From IMG/VR virus record IMGVR_UViG_3300013132_000023, positions 64,001-128,000 of that record: a DNA stretch of 64,000 nt, one strand, 5' to 3'. This DNA is from a virus. The notes below the pieces were generated by a model, which saw nothing but the letters and a program-made list of their open reading frames with translations, did not search any database and had not been told where the DNA came from. The translations under genes and the position numbers were made by a program. Shown here in pieces: positions 19,793-29,014 of the stretch (its first letter is position 1; each line of letters opens with the position of its first letter).

Positions 19793-20076
19793 GACGTGTC
19801 GGCGGCAAAACTGCGGACATGCGGATGTTTAAATGTCCGCAGTGCAATAAACTACGCATGGTGCGTCCTTTTGATCACGTAGTTAGTACGGAGACTCGCG
19901 AGTACAAATCGCGTGACGGTAATACTGTAACTCTATTGATTGATGTTTGTGATCACTGTAGGGCGAGTAATTACAGAAAGCATTTCGAGCATTCGCAAGC
20001 TGACGTAAGACGTATCATGAAAGCGATCAAAGATCAAAAACAACTTGAAGGCGAATCCTTAGAAGATCTTTTGTAA
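19789..20076 (+). CDS. hypothetical Zn-finger protein
   Basis: CPQC...CDHC. Confidence 0.6.
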   Translation: MRRVGGKTADMRMFKCPQCNKLRMVRPFDHVVSTETREYKSRDGNTVTLLIDVCDHCRASNYRKHFEHSQADVRRIMKAIKDQKQLEGESLEDLL

Positions 20077-21305
20077 TGGCTCAACATAGCAACTATTGGT
20101 TCGGTACGTGTCCAACGAGACATCTAGTTACCGCAGGGCTGGTTCGTAACGTTGATGTTTTAATCATAGGTGGTGGTATAGCTGGCGTAAGCGTACTCTA
20201 TCAACTATTACAAGCTGGCATTACTAACGCATATCTTGTAGAAGATTCGACCATTGCCTTTCATGCGTCTGGTCGTAGCAGTGGTCAGCTAATGATGCGT
20301 GGAGCTAAGCTGTTCTCGCAAATGCTTAAGGAAGAAGGACTTGAGTACTTGCAGTTCATGCTAGACAACAATAAACGCTTTCTTAGTGGTTTGCGTAACG
20401 TATCTTTTGATACCGATCTTCGTGATACTGGTGGTTTGCGTTTAGCTGTGTCTGAAAAGGAATTCGACCTTTTAAAAGAAGAGGCCGATTTTTTGAACAC
20501 GCACGCCAACATTAGTTGTCCTGTACTTACGTCAGATCAAATACAGGGTTTATTACCTAACACGAATTGTATCGGTGGTATCTATGTACCTATAGAAGCA
20601 ACCTTTAATCCGTACAAGGTTGTAAACGGGATGCGTGAGTTTATTGAACGCAAAGGACCGAGAGTCCTTACAGATTGCCAAGTTACGAACGTCGTTCGAA
20701 CTGACGATGATAGTTTCAGTGTTTCAATTCGACACAAAGGAACTATCAAGGCCAAGAAGATAGTGTATTGTACGAACGCATATACACCAGAACTTGTACC
20801 AGAACTATCTCGGACCATGATTGGTTTTCGTGGACAGATGGTTGCAACAGATTTCATTCCCGAAGAATTGTTGCAAGCACTTCCTCAGTCTAGTGTCTCT
20901 TGTAATGACTGTAATGAGTATTGGCGTCTTCATAGCGGACGCTTACTTGTTGGCGGCATGAGACACGCTGTTCGCGGTAATCAGTTTAACATTCTAGAAG
21001 ATGGCGAGGTCAGTCCTGCTGTTTATGACAGGTTGCGTGATTTTGTAAATCGCACGCTGCCTATTGTCAAAGACGTAAAGTTTACGCACACTTGGTCTGG
21101 TATCATGTGTGCTACGCCAGATCAAATGCCGCTTATTGGTGTGTTGCCAAATCGACCAGATGAATACATTTTTGGTGGTTTTAATGGATACGGTTTTGGG
21201 CACGCATTACAGGGCAGCGTCATTATCAAAGACTTTATCACCCAAGGTGAGTCTTCGTGTGCTGGCGTAAGTTTGTTTAATCCTGCTCGATTCACGGAGA
21301 ATTAA
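20076..21305 (+). CDS. FAD-dependent oxidoreductase (DAO/PuuB/ThiO family)
   Basis: DVLIIGGGIAG, ASGRSSG, WSGIM..TPD..P.IG, GFNGYGF. Confidence 0.85.
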   Translation: MAQHSNYWFGTCPTRHLVTAGLVRNVDVLIIGGGIAGVSVLYQLLQAGITNAYLVEDSTIAFHASGRSSGQLMMRGAKLFSQMLKEEGLEYLQFMLDNNKRFLSGLRNVSFDTDLRDTGGLRLAVSEKEFDLLKEEADFLNTHANISCPVLTSDQIQGLLPNTNCIGGIYVPIEATFNPYKVVNGMREFIERKGPRVLTDCQVTNVVRTDDDSFSVSIRHKGTIKAKKIVYCTNAYTPELVPELSRTMIGFRGQMVATDFIPEELLQALPQSSVSCNDCNEYWRLHSGRLLVGGMRHAVRGNQFNILEDGEVSPAVYDRLRDFVNRTLPIVKDVKFTHTWSGIMCATPDQMPLIGVLPNRPDEYIFGGFNGYGFGHALQGSVIIKDFITQGESSCAGVSLFNPARFTEN

Positions 21306-21310
21306 TAGAT

Positions 21311-23263
21311 ATGTTTGAAATTGCAACACCTTCGTTTCATTTGCCTGAGTCTTTCATTACTGCGTACAAGGGAAAGCAACCTGATTGGGGGCCTCTTGGT
21401 TACTTTACTTTTAAGCGTACTTACGCTAGAGTAATAGAGCATGAAAATAGAACGGAAGAATATTGGGAAACGGTACGTCGCGTTGTAGAGGGTACTTTTT
21501 CTATTCAGAAGAATCATTGTAAGCGTAATCATTTGCCTTGGGATGAACGCAAGGCTCAGCGTACAGCTAAGCGTATGTTTGAATTGATGTGGGACTTCCG
21601 GTTCCTTCCGCCTGGACGTGGTTTGTGGGCGATGGGAACTAAGTATGTACAAGAACGTGGTGGAGCTTGTCTCAATAACTGTGCTTTCGTTAGTACGATT
21701 GATATTGATAAGAATGCCGCCAAGCCTTTCTTGTTCTTGATGGACATGAGTATGGTTGGTGTTGGGGTAGGCTTCGACACAGCGGGTGCTAATAAGTGCG
21801 AAGTTTTGACACCTAATGGTACTGTTGAAGTAGTAGTTGAAGATAGTCGCGAAGGATGGGTTGATGCTCTTCGTGTATTACTAGAAGCATTTACTAAGGG
21901 CGGTCCATTGCCGTCTTATGACACGAGCCTCGTGCGTAAAGCAGGAAAACCTATTGCTGGTTTTGGTGGAACCGCTAGTGGTCCTGAGCCATTGATTGAA
22001 ATGCTCAATGACATTCGAGCAATTCTTGAGGCTAGAATTGGCGAGTTCTTAAACTCTGCTGATATCGTAGACATTGGCAATTTGATTGGTCGTTGTGTTG
22101 TTGCCGGTAATGTAAGACGCTCTGCTGAAATTGTTTTCGGCGACCCCAATGACGAAGTGTTTTCGCTTTTGAAGCAAGACAAAGAAAAGCTCATGCATCA
22201 TCGCTGGGCTTCAAACAACAGTATTTTTGCACAAGTTGGCATGGATTACGAATGGCACGCTCAGCAAACTGCTGTCAATGGCGAGCCGGGTTACATGTGG
22301 CTTGACAATGCTCGTGCCTTTGGTCGTATGAAAGATCCTGCTGACTGGAAAGACAAGGATGCCGTTGGTGGAAACCCATGTTTAGAACAGACATTACATA
22401 ACTATGAATTGTGTACATTGGTTGAAACCTTCCCTTCTAGACACGCTAATCTTGATGAGTATCTTGAAACTCTAAAGATCGCTTATTTGTATGCGAAGAC
22501 CGTAACTCTTGTGCCCACTCACTGGTCAGAAACAAACTCAGTGATGGCACGCAATCGCCGCATTGGCTTGAGTCAGTCTGGCATCATTAAGGCTTTCGGT
22601 CGCCACGGTCGTCGTGAGATTTTGCATTGGTGTGATCGTGGTTACGAATTCATCAATGGTCTTGATGTTCAGTATTCAAATTGGATGGGTATTCCTCGTT
22701 CAATCAAGAAGACTTCCGTGAAGCCGAGCGGTACTATTAGCTTGTTGCCGGGTGAGCCTCCGGGTATTCATTATCCGCACTCTGAATACTACATTCGTCG
22801 TATTCGCGTAGGCGTGCATTCTGTTTTGTGGCGTCTTGCCGAACAGGCTGGGTATCATGTTGAACCAGCCGTTGGTCAAGAAGATAGTACGATGGTTGTA
22901 TCCTTCCCTATTAAAGAAGAATTCTTCGTACGTTCTAAAGACGACGTTTCAATTTGGGAGCAAGTTGCTAATGCTGTTGCTTATCAGCGTTTTTGGGCCG
23001 ACAATCAAGTATCGATTACGGTTACATTCTCGCCGTCTGAAAAAGCAGACATCAAGCACACGTTAGAGCTTTACGAAGACGCTCTCAAGGGCATTTCTTT
23101 CTTGCCGATTGAAGAGCATGGATATGTTCAAGCACCGTACGAAACGATTACGGCTGAACAGTATCTAGATATGACAAGAAACCTTAAACCGATTGATATG
23201 AACGCTTCGCTAGAAAAGGCGGCGGCTCCTAAGGGTTGCGACGGAGAAACTTGCGTAATTTGA
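21311..23263 (+). CDS. nrdJ: class II (B12-dependent) ribonucleoside-triphosphate reductase
   Basis: PPGRGLW, LNNC, GNVRRSA, GNPCLE, VKPSGT, C-terminal GCDGETC; no intein. Confidence 0.92.
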   Translation: MFEIATPSFHLPESFITAYKGKQPDWGPLGYFTFKRTYARVIEHENRTEEYWETVRRVVEGTFSIQKNHCKRNHLPWDERKAQRTAKRMFELMWDFRFLPPGRGLWAMGTKYVQERGGACLNNCAFVSTIDIDKNAAKPFLFLMDMSMVGVGVGFDTAGANKCEVLTPNGTVEVVVEDSREGWVDALRVLLEAFTKGGPLPSYDTSLVRKAGKPIAGFGGTASGPEPLIEMLNDIRAILEARIGEFLNSADIVDIGNLIGRCVVAGNVRRSAEIVFGDPNDEVFSLLKQDKEKLMHHRWASNNSIFAQVGMDYEWHAQQTAVNGEPGYMWLDNARAFGRMKDPADWKDKDAVGGNPCLEQTLHNYELCTLVETFPSRHANLDEYLETLKIAYLYAKTVTLVPTHWSETNSVMARNRRIGLSQSGIIKAFGRHGRREILHWCDRGYEFINGLDVQYSNWMGIPRSIKKTSVKPSGTISLLPGEPPGIHYPHSEYYIRRIRVGVHSVLWRLAEQAGYHVEPAVGQEDSTMVVSFPIKEEFFVRSKDDVSIWEQVANAVAYQRFWADNQVSITVTFSPSEKADIKHTLELYEDALKGISFLPIEEHGYVQAPYETITAEQYLDMTRNLKPIDMNASLEKAAAPKGCDGETCVI

Positions 23264-23292
23264 TTGACAGTTGTATACCAACTGCGTATAAT
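23264..23292 (+). promoter_or_regulatory. sigma70 consensus promoter
   Basis: TTGACA-N17-TATAAT, 9 nt before ATG 23302. Confidence 0.8.
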
Positions 23293-23301
23293 TAAGCTAC
23301 T

Positions 23302-23625
23302 ATGAGTCAACCTACGCCTCGTGAGAAGTTTGTACTTACCTTTCCCCATGATGAGAAGGGTCAAGAAATTCAATTCCGTTTCATGCTAACTCTTAGCAAG
23401 AAACTTAGTGTCAAGATTGGTGAAGAAACCATTCAGGAACGTCTTGTTAGAGCCCTTGGTACCTTGGATGGTATTGATGGCATGGCTTTTGGTGCCGGTC
23501 GATATACTGTTGAAGTAACCGTTGCTCGTACCTTTGACGCACAAGAAGTCTTGACGGAGTTAAAGGCTCGTCTTGAAAATGATGTTTTAAGTGAAATTAT
23601 TCGTCCACCCGTCTTAATGTCTTGA
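23302..23625 (+). CDS. hypothetical protein
   Basis: 107-aa ORF after consensus promoter. Confidence 0.65.
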   Translation: MSQPTPREKFVLTFPHDEKGQEIQFRFMLTLSKKLSVKIGEETIQERLVRALGTLDGIDGMAFGAGRYTVEVTVARTFDAQEVLTELKARLENDVLSEIIRPPVLMS

Positions 23626-23646
23626 TTGTTCTTCTAGGAATACAAC

Positions 23647-25188
23647 ATGTTTTTAGCACTGCTTCTTTGTTTAACGCAAAATTGGTATGATCCGGGGACT
23701 CCCGCTACTGATGCTCGTACTATCTACGTAAGCTCTAGCACTGGTAATGATAGTAATACCGGGTTAGATTCTCAAAATCCACGTCGTACGATTCAGTCTG
23801 CCAAGGGGCTGATGCGTCACACGTTTCCAGACCGAATGCTATTGAAGCGTGGTGATACGTTCAACGAATCATTTGGACAGTGGAAGACTAGTGGTCGTTC
23901 TAGTACAGAACGTCAGATAATTGGTGCATACGGTCAGGGGGCAAGACCTAGACTTCTTACTGGAAACGTCACTGGCATTTTTACATTAAATGCAGGCGAT
24001 ACGCCTCCTTCTGTTGATAATGTTGCGATTCTTGATTTAGAATTCTATCCTCAGACTTATACTGGCAATGAAGCTATTGCTGGTGTTAGCTTTTTGTGGA
24101 AATCAGAGAATTGGCTCATTGAAGGATGTTTTATCAGTGGGTATCAAGTTGGTGTTGTGGTTGAAAGCTTTGGTGGACCAAAGAAGAATATTGCTATTCG
24201 AAACAATGTCATTGTTGATTGTTATTCTTTAGTTGGCAGTGTTGGTCATGGTATTTATGCCAGTGGTGGAGATAACCTTTTAATCGAAGGTAACATCATT
24301 GACAAAAATGGATGGAATGAAAGCGTGCCAGGAGCGGTGCCTACTGTTTTTAGGCACGGTGCGTATCTACATCCAGACATGCCACGCAACGCTATTGTGC
24401 GTGGCAATATCATTTCGCGTTCTTCTTCCCACGGGTTAACTCTTCGTGCTGGCGGTACTGTATCTGACAATTTGTTTATTCAAAACTCTATAAACGTCTT
24501 GTTGGGTGGAGGAAGTCCTCAATATGCGGTTGGCGGTATTGAGTTTCGTTTTACTAACAATGTTGTCTTTGATGCAAAAAACATTGACGTTAATAACCCT
24601 CGTGGTTGGGCGATAGATGTAAACAATACAAGGTCTGGTTTGATCAAGGGGAACATATTCTGCCATAACAGAAATGGCACTTTCCCATCGTCATTTGGAT
24701 TTGATGGAGCACTTGGTGTTGGTATACGTAATGTACGTATTCATGATAATATCTGGTACAATTGGAATGGTAGAGGTTCTTTTACTGGCGTAGGTTCACA
24801 ATTACGCAATATCAGTTTCGTGCGTAACGTGATTCATATGTCTATTGATGCTCCGGTATTTAGTCAGGCTAATTTGGCTGCCATAGCTTATGAACGTAAT
24901 ACGTTCTATTCACAGAATCCACAGAATTTCATTACTGTTCCAAACATTGGTACACTTAGTTTTACACAGTGGCAGCAAGTCTGTGGTGACACGGAATCAG
25001 TCTTTGAAGTTTATCCATTTGTCGATCCCACTAGAGACATTCAGCGATATGATATCGTGAATGGTGGGATTGGGACTCTCGATAGCTTTTTCCAGACCGC
25101 TAGAACCCAAAGCAAAGAACTGTGGAATCCTGCCTATACAGCACTAGCAGCTAACGCCTGGATGCGTCAAGGATTTATGCAAAAGTAA
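23647..25188 (+). CDS. right-handed beta-helix (pectate-lyase-like) protein with short hydrophobic N-terminus
   Basis: IYVSSSTGND.N.G, LLKRGDTF, GAYGQGARP, repeated I..N.I beta-helix turns, HGIY/HGAY. Confidence 0.75.
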   Translation: MFLALLLCLTQNWYDPGTPATDARTIYVSSSTGNDSNTGLDSQNPRRTIQSAKGLMRHTFPDRMLLKRGDTFNESFGQWKTSGRSSTERQIIGAYGQGARPRLLTGNVTGIFTLNAGDTPPSVDNVAILDLEFYPQTYTGNEAIAGVSFLWKSENWLIEGCFISGYQVGVVVESFGGPKKNIAIRNNVIVDCYSLVGSVGHGIYASGGDNLLIEGNIIDKNGWNESVPGAVPTVFRHGAYLHPDMPRNAIVRGNIISRSSSHGLTLRAGGTVSDNLFIQNSINVLLGGGSPQYAVGGIEFRFTNNVVFDAKNIDVNNPRGWAIDVNNTRSGLIKGNIFCHNRNGTFPSSFGFDGALGVGIRNVRIHDNIWYNWNGRGSFTGVGSQLRNISFVRNVIHMSIDAPVFSQANLAAIAYERNTFYSQNPQNFITVPNIGTLSFTQWQQVCGDTESVFEVYPFVDPTRDIQRYDIVNGGIGTLDSFFQTARTQSKELWNPAYTALAANAWMRQGFMQK

Positions 25189-25189
25189 C

Positions 25190-25879
25190 ATGGAAAAAGG
25201 ACACACAATTCCGATCCTTGGTCAAGGGTACGTTCGGTACATTGACCATCTTGGCAACGACCAACGGATCGTTGAGACGGCCCGCATTTCATACGGGAGT
25301 TCGTCTAAAGGAGCAGAAGCCGACAAGAAACTCTTGTTCTACCTTTTCAAGCACAGACACACTAGTCCGTTTGAAGCGTGCAATATTACATTCAATATCA
25401 AGATGCCTATCTTTTGCATGAGACAGTTTGTGCGTCACCGCACCTTCCGTCTCAATGAATGGAGCGGACGATATAGTGAACTAGGGGATGAATTCTACAT
25501 GCCCGAAGCGTGGAGAATACAAGACACGAAGAACAAGCAAGGTTCGTTGTCTTTTGATGATCCTGTGTGGCATGCGGGTAACGAACTATTGGCTCGTGAA
25601 GCTTTTGAGTCCACATATAGAATCTACCAAGAACTGCTTAAACGTGGAGTTGCTAAGGAACTAGCCCGTATCGTGTTGCCGGTTTCGCTCTTTACGGAGA
25701 TCTATATTAATACGGACGTTCACAACCTGATTCACTTCTTGAATCTACGCCAAGATCCGCACGCTCAGCTTGAAATGCGTGAGATTGCTAATGCTATGGC
25801 AGTGGTTGGCGAGCAGTTGTTCCCGTGGACATTTGAAGCCCGTCAACGCTTTAAGTTTCGTGTAGAAGAGCAGTCGTAA
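25190..25879 (+). CDS. thyX: flavin-dependent thymidylate synthase
   Basis: HTSPFE, RQFVRHR....NEWSGRY, HAQLEMR. Confidence 0.95.
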   Translation: MEKGHTIPILGQGYVRYIDHLGNDQRIVETARISYGSSSKGAEADKKLLFYLFKHRHTSPFEACNITFNIKMPIFCMRQFVRHRTFRLNEWSGRYSELGDEFYMPEAWRIQDTKNKQGSLSFDDPVWHAGNELLAREAFESTYRIYQELLKRGVAKELARIVLPVSLFTEIYINTDVHNLIHFLNLRQDPHAQLEMREIANAMAVVGEQLFPWTFEARQRFKFRVEEQS

Positions 25880-25901
25880 AGACAGGCTATTGCACACAAA
25901 T

Positions 25902-25938
25902 CACTAGGAGGGCATCCCTTGAGGGTGCCCTCCTAGTG
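25902..25938 (+). terminator. intrinsic terminator-like hairpin
   Basis: 16-bp stem CACTAGGAGGGCATCC/GGGTGCCCTCCTAGTG followed by TATTATT. Confidence 0.75.
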
Positions 25939-26001
25939 TATTATTGAGACGTAGGGGCGTTGCCCTTGTTATGTTTTAAGTCTCTATTTGGAGGTAAGGC
26001 T

Positions 26002-26448
26002 ATGGCTGGAGTTTTGGTTGCATCGCAGGTAGGGTCGGGTACTATACCGTTTACGTACGGCATTTTGTCGTCTGGTCAACGTGGTAATGAGCCTCTTGGT
26101 GGAGGTATTCGTACCGGCAATCAGGTTATGATTGGCAACCCAGAAGACATGGTTGCTGTCGATGCTTTTGCTGCATCTGGTATCGTGATTGGTACTAACC
26201 CGGTAGAAATTCTTGGTCCTCAAAACAATCCGTTGCCGCGTTCTCGCATGGTTCTGATCGAGAACACTGGTACTGTTGACGCTTACATTAGTCATAGACT
26301 TAACTTTACAACCCTTGATGCCTTTGAACTTTCACCAGAAGGCACGGCGGGACGTGATAGCCGCATTCAACTGCCGCTTTTACGCAATGTATCTGTTTAC
26401 GCTAAGACGGCCAGTGGCAGTACAACGATTCGTCTATTGATTGTTTAA
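26002..26448 (+). CDS. putative virion structural protein
   Basis: GGAGG RBS; beta-rich C-terminal domain paralogous to 26676..27113. Confidence 0.55.
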   Translation: MAGVLVASQVGSGTIPFTYGILSSGQRGNEPLGGGIRTGNQVMIGNPEDMVAVDAFAASGIVIGTNPVEILGPQNNPLPRSRMVLIENTGTVDAYISHRLNFTTLDAFELSPEGTAGRDSRIQLPLLRNVSVYAKTASGSTTIRLLIV

Positions 26449-26476
26449 TCGCGGGTCTCCGTGAGGATGGCTCGCC

Positions 26477-26683
26477 ATGCAATACAATACCAAAACATGC
26501 CAGCGTTGTCAGGTTGTCTTTGAGCCAAATAGCGGCTTTCAGAAGTTCTGTCACGAATGCAAGATCGGAAACCACAAAGAGTGGTTTCAAAAACGGGATC
26601 GTGAACGTTTTTTGAACAACTGTAACTGTGGTCGTGCTATGAATGGTGGTATCTGTCCTCATAAGGAGACCATCAGTGAATAA
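26477..26683 (+). CDS. small Cys-rich Zn-finger protein
   Basis: CQRC...FCHEC...CNCG...CPH; GAGGA RBS. Confidence 0.55.
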   Translation: MQYNTKTCQRCQVVFEPNSGFQKFCHECKIGNHKEWFQKRDRERFLNNCNCGRAMNGGICPHKETISE

Positions 26684-27113
26684 GCAGTATTTTACAACCA
26701 TTGGTTCGGGTTGTACACCACACCTTGCTCACGGGCCAGCACACGCCTTACCGCAGGGGGCGTATCCCGGTGCCCACAGTAAGAGCGAGTTACGTACTCG
26801 TCCTGGTGATGGCGTTGTTATGCTCAATCCGGAGGATTTTTCTATTTCCATCGGATTGCGTTCTTCTGCCGTTATAGTTGGAACATCCCCTACACCATTA
26901 CCAAGTAATCCGCTAGAATATCGTCGTGCTCTTGTTGTACACAACAATGGCGTTAGCACGATCTTTATAGGTGATAGCTCCGTAAGCACTGCTACTGGTC
27001 TTCCATTAGCCGCAGGCGAAAAGATTGCATTCGATATTCAGAACAATCCAAACGTTGTGGTCTATGGTGTGGCCGGTACTAATACCGATGTTCGCATCAT
27101 GGAGCTAGCATGA
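26676..27113 (+). CDS. putative virion structural protein
   Basis: V.VGT.P..LP.NPL..RR.L.V.N.G...IFIG domain shared with 26002..26448; GTG start assumed. Confidence 0.55.
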   Translation: MNKQYFTTIGSGCTPHLAHGPAHALPQGAYPGAHSKSELRTRPGDGVVMLNPEDFSISIGLRSSAVIVGTSPTPLPSNPLEYRRALVVHNNGVSTIFIGDSSVSTATGLPLAAGEKIAFDIQNNPNVVVYGVAGTNTDVRIMELA

Positions 27114-28210
27114 GTCTCGGTATTGGTGGCATTGTATCTCTTGGTGGTGGGACTGGTGGCAGTGGAGGCGGATCTGGCTCTGGTATTCAGTCTGTAAACA
27201 GTCAGATTGGACCCGCGATTGCCATTACTGGCGTAAACGGCATTAACGTTACCGCTAGTGCAAACGTAATCACGATTGATGGTGCTGGTGCTTCTGGTAC
27301 GGTTGGATCTGCTTCGTCACAATCTGGCGTTATTGGCGTTAATGGAATTACTGTTGATCAGATTGGCGGTAATTTTGTTGTCAATGGTGCCGCATTATCT
27401 GGTTTGATTAGTGGTGGGGTTGTCAGTCTTGTTGCATCTTATTCTGCTACGTTTACAAACGTTACAAGCGGCATCTTCGATCACAATCTTGGAACCCACG
27501 AAACGATTGTACAAGTATATGACGATTCGCTGCCGCCAAGAGTAATTTTTCCAGATGAAGTCATCTCTGAAAACCTAAATCAGATTGGCGTCATCTTTAA
27601 CAGACCACAAACTGGTCGCGTAGTCATTCATGCTCCATCTGGCATATCTCTATCGTCGGGCGGCGGTTCTTCTGTTTCATTAGTTGGTGTTAGTGGTGTC
27701 CGTGTCATTCCTAGTGGTGCTAATTCTTTCATCATTAGTGGCGAAAACATTTCGGTAACTTCGTCGTCGTCTCCATCGAACACCAACTGCTATTCGCAAG
27801 ATTTTACTAACGTTTCAAGCGTTACTGGAATTCACAATTTTGGTACGCTTAATGTACTGACACAAGTTTTTGACACCAATGGACGCGTATTGCTACCAGA
27901 CAGTATTCACGTTTCTGATATTAATACTGTTGTCGTTAGCTTTAATACAAGTCGTAGTGGAAAGGTTGTTGTACACGGCTGTTCGGCACCGTCCTCTTCT
28001 GGAGTCAGCAAGTTCTCGCAATCGTTTACAAGCGTTTCAAGTATAAACGTTTCGCACTTCATGAGTACTCAAGATGTAATTGTACAGGTTAGAGATAACA
28101 ATTCGCCTCCTGGCGTGATTTTGCCAGATTCTATCCTTGTATTAGACATAAATACAGTGAACGTGCGATTCAACTCAATTCGCAGTGGTCGTATAACTAT
28201 CATGGGTTAG
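27110..28210 (+). CDS. Gly/Ser-rich fibre/decoration-like protein with three repeats of a ~60-aa beta domain
   Basis: three copies of HN.GT....VQV.D....I.PD.I.....N.V.V.FN...SG.V.I. Confidence 0.65.
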   Translation: MSLGIGGIVSLGGGTGGSGGGSGSGIQSVNSQIGPAIAITGVNGINVTASANVITIDGAGASGTVGSASSQSGVIGVNGITVDQIGGNFVVNGAALSGLISGGVVSLVASYSATFTNVTSGIFDHNLGTHETIVQVYDDSLPPRVIFPDEVISENLNQIGVIFNRPQTGRVVIHAPSGISLSSGGGSSVSLVGVSGVRVIPSGANSFIISGENISVTSSSSPSNTNCYSQDFTNVSSVTGIHNFGTLNVLTQVFDTNGRVLLPDSIHVSDINTVVVSFNTSRSGKVVVHGCSAPSSSGVSKFSQSFTSVSSINVSHFMSTQDVIVQVRDNNSPPGVILPDSILVLDINTVNVRFNSIRSGRITIMG

Positions 28211-28254
28211 TTAGTGTACTTAACTATAACCCCTAGCTTTACAGGAGTTGCACA

Positions 28255-29013
28255 ATGTTTATTGACGGAGATTTAATCCCTTCTACGTCTGGTCAGGCTC
28301 ATCTTGGTGTTGACGGCACTGGTGCGTCTGCCTTTAGTGCTTCAAGTATTAGTCCTTTTGGACGCGTTCACATGCTCAGTGGCGTGTGGCACGATCCGCT
28401 GTATGGACAATCTGGTGTTATGAGATTCAGTCAACAGGCTGGTGCTTTCCAGGTGTCTGTTGACGGCGGCCTAACGTTTGCTAACATTTCTGCTGGTGGC
28501 GGTGTTTCGTCTATTGGTCAGCTTGGTGGAGCTAATCTTACTGGTAACGTTGATCTTGCTTCAAATGCAAGTGGCTTTATTGCCATTACCGATACAGGTG
28601 GATCGTCTCCTATCTTGTTTGCAGTCGATCATCTTGGGCTTTCAGGTCTTTGGAGATTCCCGGCACAAGGATTCAATAATAGTATTGTCAACGCCATCTC
28701 TGACTTCAATGGCACACAATCGCAGGGCGTGATCAGTATTGTTGGTGCTTCGGGTATCGTCGCCGACTTGATTGGTAACACGCTTACCATTACTCCTGGT
28801 AACACGCTTGGTCGTGCTGTCACGCAAACCTTTTCTAGCGTGAATACGGTAACCGTTGTTCATAACTTTTCAACTGAAAACACAATTGTGCAGGTAAGAG
28901 ACGGAAATGAACGCGTGATTATTCCAGATTCAATTGATGCTTCTAACACAAACCAAGTTGTTGTTAACTTTAATACAACTAGAAGCGGAAGAGTAACTGT
29001 AATAGGATTCTAA
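28255..29013 (+). CDS. putative fibre/decoration protein (paralog family)
   Basis: AGGAG RBS; N-terminal GDL.P..SG..HLGV module; C-terminal HN..T domain. Confidence 0.65.
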   Translation: MFIDGDLIPSTSGQAHLGVDGTGASAFSASSISPFGRVHMLSGVWHDPLYGQSGVMRFSQQAGAFQVSVDGGLTFANISAGGGVSSIGQLGGANLTGNVDLASNASGFIAITDTGGSSPILFAVDHLGLSGLWRFPAQGFNNSIVNAISDFNGTQSQGVISIVGASGIVADLIGNTLTITPGNTLGRAVTQTFSSVNTVTVVHNFSTENTIVQVRDGNERVIIPDSIDASNTNQVVVNFNTTRSGRVTVIGF

Positions 29014-29014
29014 T

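Noticed and set aside
21311-23263. Intein or intron in nrdJ
   Set aside because: 650 aa with continuous motifs, a normal size for monomeric class II RNR
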